In this document: positions 1-16,619 of the stretch, piece after piece
Numbering within the stretch: the stretch's first letter is position 1
Layout of the letters: each line of letters starts with the position of its first letter
DNA from: the human T2T-CHM13v2.0 reference genome, Homo sapiens
DNA length: 64,000 nt
Assembly (NCBI RefSeq): GCF_009914755.1
Contig: NC_060925.1
Reading direction: 5' to 3' (one strand)
The notes under the pieces: generated by a model
Databases searched by the model: none
What the model was told of the DNA's origin: nothing
What the model saw: the letters and a program-made list of their open reading frames with translations, nothing else
Made by a program: the position numbers and the translations under genes

Positions 1-3000
1 CCACTGATCACCTAGGTGATATAACTCCTGTCTACCCTCTGCCCAAAGGGGGCATTGAGAAATATCTCTGCACTGATCACCCAGGTAGTTCAACGCCTGA
101 CTAGGATCTGCCTACAGGGGCATTTTCACATATCCCTGAACTGATGACAAAGGTGATGTAACTCTTGCCTAGACTTTGCCTACAGGGGACATTGTTACAT
201 ATCTCTGCACTGATCGCTTAGGTGATGCAAAACTTGTCTAGGCTTTGCCTACAGTGGGTTTTATGACATAACTCTTCACTGATAACCCAGGTGATGTAAC
301 TCTTATCTAGCCTCTGCTTACAGGGGGTATTGTAAGATATCTCTGCACCAATCACCCAGGTTATGTAACTCTTGTCTAGGCTCTGCCTACAGGGGCATTT
401 TAACATATCACTGCACTGATCACCGAGATGATGTAACTCATGTATAGGCTTCGCCGACAGGGGGCATTGAGACATATCTCTGCAATGATCACCGAGGTGA
501 TGCAACTCTTGTCTGGCATGTGCTTACAGGGGGCATTGTGACATATCTCTGCTCTGATCACACAGGTGATGTATCTCTTGTCTAGGCTCTGCCTCCTGGA
601 GACATTGTGACATATCTCCGCCCTGATCACCCAGGTGATGTCACTTTTGTCAAGGATATGATTATAGGGACATTGTGAGATGTTACTGAACTGATCACAC
701 AACTGATGTAACTATTGTCTAGGCTATGGGTACAGGGGGCTTGTGACACATCTCTGCACTGATCACCCAGGTGATGTAAACCTTGTCTAGGCTCTGCCAA
801 AGGGGGGCATTGTGACATAACTCTGCACTGATCATCCAGGTGATGGTACACTTTTCTAGGCTCTGCCTACAGGGGCATTGTGACATATCTCTGCAGTGAT
901 CATGCAGGTGAAGTAACTCTTGTCTATATCTGCCTACTGGCGGCATTGTGGCATATTTCTGCACTGATTACCCAGGTGATGGACTCTTGTCTTGGATCTG
1001 CCTATGGGGGCCTAGTGACATATCTCTGCACTGATCACTCATGTGATGTAACGCTTGTCTAAGCTGCACCTAAAGGGGAATTGTGACTGACATCTCCACT
1101 GATCACCCAGTTGATGTAACAATTTTCTGTTATTTGTCTACAGGGGGCTTTGTGACATATATTTGCACTAGTCACCAAAAAGATGTAACAACTATTGTCT
1201 AGGCTCGGCCTACAATGGTTTTGTGAAATATTTCTGCACTGATCACCCAGGTGATGTAACTCTTGTTTAGACTCTGCCTACAGGGTCTTTGTGACATATA
1301 TCTATACTGATCACCTAGGTGATGTAACGCTTCTTCAGGCTCCACCTACAGGGGGTATTGTGATGTATCTCTGCACTGATCACCCAGGTGATGTATCTCT
1401 TTTTTAGGCTGTGCCTACAGGGGCTTTGTGATATATATCTATACTGATCACCCAGGTGATGTAACTCTTCTCCAGCCTCGACCTACAGGGGTTATTGTGA
1501 CGTATCTCTGCACTGATCACCCAGGTGATGTAACTCTTGTCTAGGCTCCACCTACAGGGGGTATTGTGACGTATCTCTGCACTGATCACCCAGATGATGT
1601 AACATTTATCTAGGCTCTGCCTACAGGGGCGTTTTGACATAGCTCTGCACAGATCACCTTGGTTATGTAACTCTTTCCCGCTCTCTGCCTACAGGGGACA
1701 TTTTGGAATATCTCTGCACTGATAACCCAGCTGATGGGACTCTTCTCTATACTCTACCTAGAGGGCCATTTGTGACATACCTCTGCACTGATCACGCAGA
1801 TGATGGAAGTCTTGTCTAGGCTCTGTCTATGGGGGCATTGTGTCAAATATCTGCACTGATCACACAGGTGATGTAACTCTTTTCTAGGCTCTGTCTACAG
1901 GGATTTTTGTGACATATCACTGCACTGAACACCTAGGTGATGTTAGCCTTGTATGGGCTTTGCCTACAGAAGGCTTTGTGACATATCTATGCAGTGATCT
2001 CTGAGGTGAGGCAACTCTTGTCTAGGCACTGCCTCCAGGGGACATTGGTACATATCTCTGCACTGATCACCCAGGTGATGGACTCTTGTCTTAGATCTGC
2101 CTACATGGACATTGTGACACATCTCTGAACTGATCAACCAAGTGATGAAACTCTTGTCTAGGCTCTGCCTAAATGGGCTTCGTGACACATTTCTGCACTG
2201 ATGACCCTGGGGAGGGAACTCTTGTCTATGCTCTGCCTGCAGAAGGCTTCATGACTTATACCTGCACCGATAACCTAGGTGGTGTAACACTTGTCTAGGC
2301 TCTGCCTACACGGGAATTCTCACATATCTCTGCACTGATCACCCAGGTGACAGAATCTTGTCTTGGATCTGCCTATGGGGGCATTGTGACATATCTCTGT
2401 AATGATCACCCAGGTGATGTAACTGTTATATAAGCTCTGCCTACAGGGGAATTGTGAGAGATCTCGCCACTGATCACCCGAGTGATGTAAGTATTGTCTA
2501 GGCTTTGCCTACAGGGTGCTTTTTGACATACTTTTGCACTGATCACCCATGTGATGTAGCTCATCTAAGTTCTGCCTACAGGACCTTTGTGACATATCTC
2601 TTCACTGATAACTTAGGTGATGTAACACTTTTATAAGCACTGCCTACAGGGAATTTTGACAAATCTCTGCACTGATCACCTAGGTGATGTCACTATTGTC
2701 TACCCTCTGCCCAAAGTGGGCATTGTGAAATATGTCTGCACTGATCACCCAGGTGATTCTACTCTTGTCTTGGATCTGCCTACAGGGGGTTTTGTGAAAT
2801 ATCTCTGCACTGATCAACTAGGTGATGTAACTAGTGTCTAGGCTGTGCCTACAGGGGCGTTTTCACATCTCCCTGAACTGATGACAAAGGTTACGTAACT
2901 CTTCCCTAGGCTTTGCCCACAGGGGACATTGTTACATATCTCTGCACTGATCAACCAGGTGATGCAACTCTTCTCTATGCCCTTTCTACAGGGGACATTG

Positions 3001-6000
3001 TGACATATCTCTGCCCTGATCACCCAGGTGATGCAACTCTTCTCTATGCTCTGCCTACAGGGGACATTGTGACATATTTCAGCAGTGATCACCCAGGAGA
3101 TGTAACTCTTTTCTACTCTCCACCTACAGAGGGCGTTGTGACACCAATCTGCACGGATCACCCGGGTTATGTAACTCTTATCTAGGCTCTGCTTACAGTG
3201 GGTATTGTGACATATCTCTACACTGATCACCTAAGTGATGTAACTCTTGTGTAGGCTCTGACTACAGGGGCATTTTGACATATCTCTACACTGTTAAACG
3301 AGGTGATGTAACTCTTGTCTTGGCTGTGCCCACAGGGGGATTGAGACATATCTCTGCAATGATCCCAGGGTGATCCAACTCTTGCCTGGTCTCTGCCTAC
3401 TGTGGACATTGTGACATATCTCTGCACTGATCTCCGAGGAGGAGTAACTTTAGTCTAGGCTCTAGCTACAAGGCATTGTGACATATCACTGCACTGATCA
3501 CCCAGGTGATATAACCCTTTTCTAGGCTCTGCCTACAGGGGGCTTGTGACATATTTCTGCACTGATCACCCAGGTGATATAACTATTCTCTAGGATCTGC
3601 CTACAGGGGGCTTTGTGACATATCCCTGCAATGATCACTCAGGTGATATACAAATTGTCAAGGCTCTGCCTACAGGGGCATGGCGATATATCTCTGCACT
3701 GATCACCTAGGTCATGTAACTCTTTTCTAGGATCTGCCTACAGTGGCATTGTGACATATCTCTGCACTGATCACCCAGGTGATGTAACTCTTTTCTAGGA
3801 TCTGCCTACAGGGTGTTTTGTGACAAATCCCTGCAATGATCACCCAGGTGATGTACCACTTCTCAAGGCTCGACCTGCAGGGACATTGCGATGTATCTCT
3901 GCACTGATCACCCAGGTGATGTAACTCTTGTCTAGGCTCTGCTTACACGGGGTATTGTGAGATATCTCTGCACTGATCACCCAGGTGATGTAACCCTTGT
4001 TTAGACTCTGCCTACTGGGGCATTTTAACATATCACTGCACTGATCACCGAGATGATGTAACACTTGTATAGGCTTCACCCACAGGGGGCATTCAGACAT
4101 ATCTCTGCTCTGATCACCGCGGTGATGCAACTCTTTTCTGAGATCTGCTTTCAGGGGGCATTGTGATATATCTCTGCCCTGATCACCTAGGTGATGTAAC
4201 TCTTGTCTTGGCTCTGCCTACTGGAGACATTGTGACGAATCTCCGCACTGATCACCCAGGTGATGTCACTTTTGTCAAGTATATGGCTACAGGGACATAG
4301 TGACATGTCACTGCACTGATCACCCAGGTCATGTAACCCTTGTCTAGGCTCTGCCAAAAGGGGGAATTGTGACATAACTCTGCACTGATCACACAGGTGA
4401 TGGGACTCTTGTCTAGGCTCTGCCTACAGGGGCTTTCTGGCATATCTCTGCAGTGATCACGAAGGGGATGTAACTCTTGTCTATATCTGCCAACTGGCGG
4501 CATTGTGGCATATTCCTGCACTGATCACCCAGGTGATGGACTCTTGTCTTGGATCTACCTATGGGGGCATAGTGACATATCTCTGCACTGATCACTCATG
4601 GGATGTAATGCTTGTATAAGCTGCGCCTAAAGGGGAATTGTGACAGACATCTCCACTGAACACCCATGTGATGTAACAATTTTCTGGGATTTGTCTACAG
4701 GGCGCTTTGTGACATATCTTTGCACTGATCACCCAGGAGATGAAACTCTTGTCTAGGCTCTGCCTACAGGGGGTATCGTGACGTATCTCTGCACTGATCA
4801 CCCAGGTGATGTAACTCCTGTCTAGCTTCAGCCTACAGGAGCGTTTTGACATATCTCTGCACTGATCACCCAGGTGATGTAACACTTGTCTAAGCTCTGC
4901 CTACAGGGTCATTGTGACAGATCTCTCCACTGCTCACCCAGGTGATGTAACAATTGTCTGGGCTTTGATTACAGGGGGCTTTGTGATATACATTTCCACT
5001 GATAAAACAGGTGATGTAAACCTTGTCAAGGTACTGCTTACAGGGGCTTTGTGACATATCTCTGCACTGATCAACCCAGGGAGGAAACACTTGTCTACTC
5101 TCTGTTTACAGGTGGCTTTAAAAGTTATCCCTGCATTGATCACCCAGGTGATGTAACTCTTGTTTAGGCTCTGCTTACAGGGGGTATTGTGACATATCTC
5201 TGCACTGATCACCTGAGTGATGTAACACTTGTGTAAGCTCTGCCTACAGGGTCATCTTCAGATACCTCTGCACTGTTAACCGAGGTGATGTAACTCTTGT
5301 CTGGGCTGTGCCCAGAGGGGGATTGAGACATATCTTTGCACTGGTACCGAGGTGATCCAACTCTTGCCTGGTATCTGCCTACTGGGGACATTGTGTCATA
5401 TCTCAGCATTGATCTCCCAGGTGCTGTAACTTTAGCCTAGGCTCTGGCTACACGGCATTGTGAGACATCACTGCACTGATCACCCAGTTGATATAACCCT
5501 TCTCTAGGCCCTGCCTTCAAGGGGCTTTTGACATATCTCTTCACTGATCACCCAGGTGATATAACTTTTCTCTAGGATCTGCCTACAGGGTGCTTTGTGA
5601 CATATCCCTGCAATGATCACCCAGGTGATATACCACTTGTCAAGGCTCTGCCTACAGGGGCATTGCTATGTATTTCTACACTGATCACCTAGGTCATGTA
5701 ACTCTTGTCTAGGCTCTGCCTACAGTGGCATTGTGACATATCTCTGCACTGAACAAACAGGTGATGTAACTCTTTCCTAGGATCTGCCTACAGGGTGCTT
5801 TGTGACATAACCCTGCAATGATCACCCAGGTGATGTACCACTTTTCAAGGCTCTGCCTACAGGGACATTGCAATGTATCTCTGCACTGATCACCTAGGTC
5901 ATGTAACTCTTGTCTAGGCTCTGCCTACAGTGGCATTGTGACATATCTCTGCACTGATCATCCAAGTGATGTAACTCTTGTCAGGGATCTGCCTAATGGG

Positions 6001-9000
6001 ACTTTGTGACATAAATCTGCACTGATCATCCAGGTGATGGGGCTTTTGTCTAGGCTCTGCCTAAGGGGGCATTGTGACATATTTCTGCACTGATCACCCA
6101 GGTGACGGACTCTTGTCTTGGATCTCCCTATGGGGGCACAGTGAATTATCTCTGCACTGATCACCCAGGTGATGTAAATGTTGTATAAGCTCTGCCTTCA
6201 GGGGAATTGTGAGAGATCTCGCCACTGATCACCCAAGTGTTGCAACTATTGTCTAGGCTTTGCCTACAGTGGGCTTTGTGACATACTTTTGCACTGATCA
6301 CCCAGGTGATGTAACTCATCTAAGTTCTGCCTACAGGAGCTTTGTGACATATCTCTGCACTGATCACTTAGGTGATGTAACACTTTTATAAGCACTGCTT
6401 ACAGGGAATTTTGACAAATCTCTGCTCTGATCACCTAGGTTACGTAACTCTTATCTACCCTCTGCCCAAAGGGGACATTGTGAAATATCTCTGCACTGAT
6501 CACCCAGGTGATTCAACCCTTGTCTACGATCTGCCTTCAGGGGGTATTGTGAAAAATCTCTGCCCTGATCAACTAGGTGATATAACTGGTGTCTAGGCTC
6601 TGCCTATAGGGGCGTTTTCACATATCCCTGAACTGATGACAAAGGTGATGTAACTCTTGCCTACACTTTGCCTATAGGGGACATTGTGACATATCTCTGC
6701 ACTGATCACCCAGATAATGTAACTCTTTTCTAGTCTCTGTCTACAGAGGGCGTTGTGACATCACTCTGCACGCATCACCCGGGTTATTTAACTCTTGTCT
6801 AGTCTCTGCCTACGGGGGCATTGTGACTTATCTCTCCACTGATCACCCAGGAAATGTGACTCTTGTCTAAGCTCTGCCCAGAGGTAAATTGGGACATATC
6901 TCTACACTGATCGCTGAGGTGATGTAAAACTTGCCTAGGCTTTGCCCACAGTGGGATTTATGACATATCTCTGGACTGATCACCCAGGTGATGTAACTCT
7001 TGTCTACGCTCTGCTTACATGGGGAGTTGTGAGATATCTCAGCACTGATCACCCAGGTAATGTAACTCTTGTCTAGGCTCTGCCTACAGGGGCATTTTAA
7101 GATATCACTGCACTGATCACCGAGATGTTGTAACTCATGTATAGGCTTCGCCGACGTGGGCATTGAGACATATCTCTGCACTGATCACCATGGTGATGCA
7201 ACTCTTGTCTGGGATCGTCTTACAGGGGGCATTGTGACATATCTCTGCCCTGATCATCCAGGTGATGTAACTCTTGTCTAGGTTCTGTCTAGTGGAGACA
7301 TTGTGACATATCTCTGCACTGATCACCCAGGTGTTTTCACTTTTGTCAAGGATATGGCTACAGGGACATTGTGAAATGTCAGTGCACTGATCACACAGCT
7401 CATGTAACAATTGTCTAGGCTCTGGCTGCAAGGGGCTTGTGACACATCTCTGCACTGATCACCCAGATGATGTAACCCTTCTCTAGGCTCCGCCAAAAGG
7501 AGGCATTGTGACATAACTCTGCACTGATCACCCACGTGATGGGACTCTTGTCTAGGCTCTGCCTATGGGGGCATTGTGACATATCTCTGTAGTGATCACG
7601 CAGGTGATGGAACTCTTGTCTATATCTGCCTACTGGCGGCATTGTGGCATATTTCTGCACTGATCACCCAGGTGATTGACTCCTGTCTTGGGTCTGCCTA
7701 TGGGGGCATAGTGACATATCTCTGCACTGATCACTTATGTGATGTAACGCTTGTCTAAGCTGCGCCTAAAGGGGAATTGTGACAGATATCTCCACTGATC
7801 ACGCAGGTGATGTAACAATTTTCTGGGATTTGTCTACAGGGGGTTTTCTGACATATCTTTGCACTGATCACCCAGGAGATGTAACTCTTGTCTAGGCTCG
7901 GCCTACTTTGGCTTTGTGACATAACTCTGCACTGATCAACCAGGTGATGTAACACTTGTCTAGGCTCCACCTACAGGGGGTATTGTGACATATTTCTGCA
8001 CTCATCACCCAGGTGATGTAACATTTATCTAGCCTCTGCCTACAGGGGCGCTTTGACATAGCTCTGCACAGATCACCTAGGTTATGTAAGTCTTGTCCAC
8101 TCTCTGCCTACTGGGGGCATTGTGAAATATTTCTGCACTGATCATCCAGGTGATGGGACTCTTCTCTATACTCTGCCTGGAGGGGGATTTGTGACATATC
8201 TCTGCACTGATCACCCAGGTGATGGAAGTCTTGTCTAGGCTCTGTCTATGGGTGCATTGTGTCAAATATCTGCACTGATCACCCAGGTGATGTAACTGTT
8301 TTCTAGGGTCTGTCTACAGGGATTTTTGTCACATATGACTGCACTGATCACCTAGGTGATGTAAGCCTTGTATGTGCTTTGCCTATAGAAGGGTTTCTGA
8401 CATATCTATGCACTGATCTCTGAGGTGATGCAACTCTTGTCTAGGCACTGCCTACAGGGGACATTGGTACATATCTCTGCACTGATCACCCAGGTGATGG
8501 ACTCTTGTCTTAGATATGCCTACATGGACATTGTGACACATCTCTGAACTGATCAACCAAGTGATGAAACTCTTGTCTAGGCTCTGCCTACAGGGGCTTT
8601 GTGACACATCTCTGTACTGATCACCCTGTGGAGGGATCTCTTTTCTACGCTCTGCCTACAGGAGGCTTTATGACTTATACCTGCACTGATAACCTAGGTG
8701 ATGTAACACTTGTCTAGGTATGCCTAAGCGGGAATTCTCACATATGTCTGTGCTGATCACCCGGGTGTTGTAACTCCAGTCTAGGTTCAGCCTACAGGAG
8801 CATTTTGACATATATCTGCACTGTTCACCCAGGTGATGTAACCCTTGTCTAAGCTCTGCCTACAGAGGCATTCTGACAGATCTCTCCACTGCTCACCCAG
8901 GTGATGTAACAATTGTCTGGGCTTTGCCTACAGGGGGCTTTGTGATGTAGATTTCCACTGATCAAACAGGTGATGTAACCCTTGTCAAGATTCTGCTTAC

Positions 9001-9410
9001 AGTGGCTTTGTGACATATCTCTGCACTGATCACCCCAGGGAGGAAACACTTGTCTACACTCTGCCTACAGGGGGCTTTATGACATATCCCTGCTCCAATC
9101 ACTAGGTGAGGTAACGCTTGTCTAAGCTCTGTCTCAGGGGTATTTTCACACATCTCTACACTGATCAACTAAGTGATGTAACACTTGTCTATGTTCAGCC
9201 TACTGGGGATTTCTGACATACCTATGCACTGATCACCAAGGTGATGTAAATCATTTCCAGGCTTTTTGTACAGGGGACACTGTGATATATCTCTACACTG
9301 ATCACCTAAATGATGCAAATCTTCTCTATGCTCCGCAGGGAGGGGGCATTGTGACATGTTTCTGAACCGATCATCCAGGAGATATAACTATTCTCCAGTC
9401 TCTGACTAAA
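1..9410 (-). repeat. Beta satellite (68-bp Sau3A/BSR) tandem array, block 1
   Basis: Continuous ~68-bp monomer ctctgcactgatcacccaggtgatgtaactcttgtctaggctctgcctacagggggcattgtgacatat, the reverse complement of the beta-satellite consensus GATCAGTGCAGAGATATGTCACAATGCCCC..., with GATC in most monomers. Confidence 0.97.
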
Positions 9411-10112
9411 GAGCATCAGAAGGTGTTGGGAAAGCCTCAGCCAGAATTTCACGGACGGACAAAGGCAGAGAGAGGCCAGCGGGCTCCCTTGCACATCGGC
9501 CGTGGTGCACAATGAGAGCGGGACTAGCCAGGAGGCTGGCAAAGAGAGCTAGAGATCTGCGTTCCGCCACCAGGCGCTCCATGGTGGCAGCTGGGAAGCT
9601 GCAGGGGGACTGGTGGGCCGGCGACGGTGGCGCGGAGGTGCAGAGGAGGCGAACCGCCAGAGGGGTGTCAGGCCTGGACGCTGCGCAAGCCTGATGTTTT
9701 GTGGGACTGGTTCCCACCCAGCACAGGGGAGGACGCATTTTCCGGGTGTGGATTGTGGGTGTGGGGTGGGTGTGGTCAGGTGGGGGTGGGGTGGTGGAAA
9801 GGCATGAGAGCTCTGCCCGGGCTGCTCCCACAGCCCAGGCAGCTGCCCGCAAACACGCGTGTGCACAGTAGGCGGCCCACCTGCTGGTACCTGGGCCGGC
9901 TCTGTGATCCCCGTGATGCCCAGGAAAGAATGGCAGTTCTCCGCTGTGTGGAGTCTGTCACCAGGCCTAGACCTAGAAGGCAGGAATCCCAGGACGGTCA
10001 GCCTGGTGGAGGGGGCGGTGGGAAGACACGCCCCTCCATAGCCAGCCAGGTTTTCCCCACGAAAGAGAGGCCACTGCTTGGCCCCGACCCGACCCCATCC
10101 CAACCCCGTGTC

Positions 10113-11569
<1,457 letters not shown>

Positions 11570-12177
11570 CCCTGGGACACTGCGCCACACCCTGGAAGGT
11601 TTCCAGGGCGTGGAGGCCTGCGGCCGGGGGTTGGTGGTGTGGAGGGGGAGAGCGTGGTAATGGCGGAGGTGGGGCCGGAGACACGAAGATGTAGGGGGCC
11701 AGGGGGAAGGGGTGAGGGGGGCGCGTTTCGGGGGCTGGCTCTCCGGACCTCGCCAGGAATCCCGCGGGAACTGGAAGCCGCTCTCGGGGCTGCCATGCGT
11801 CTTCAGCAGGGAGAAACCGGCCTGGGATGGTGGAGGGAAGTGTGGAACTGAACCTCCCAGGGAGTCTTGAGGGTTCCAGTCCCTCTCTCCGTGAATGAGG
11901 GAGTGCCAGTGGGGGTCGCCGTTGCCGGGACAGTCTCACAAACACAAGCGTGTGGCTCTCGTTCATTTCCACGTAGGAGACCAGAGCGAGACCCCAGAGA
12001 GAAGATGCCTCCTTGGCATGATGACCTGACGATGAATTCGCGTGTGCGGCAACATGGGGAGTCTGCAGTGTGGCCGCTTTGTAAACTGGCAAGGAGAGCG
12101 AAGGCACCATGCTGGTATTCCACCCTTCCCTACATGTTTCCAGGTGCCCTCAGAGCTCCGGGAGCAAACAGTCAGCA

Positions 12178-16619
<4,442 letters not shown>

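Noticed and set aside
218-9357. Many short ORFs with repeats such as SYITWVISAEICHN, HHLGDQCRDMSQ and LCTDHPGDVTL (Cys/His-rich, zinc-finger-like)
   Set aside because: These are translations of satellite monomers in shifting frames (68-69 bp) with no conserved starts or stops; the same applies to all satellite blocks.
11620-11740. G-rich tracts with G-quadruplex potential in each cassette
   Set aside because: This is an ordinary property of D4Z4/LSau sequence, and nothing specific to this window supports a function.
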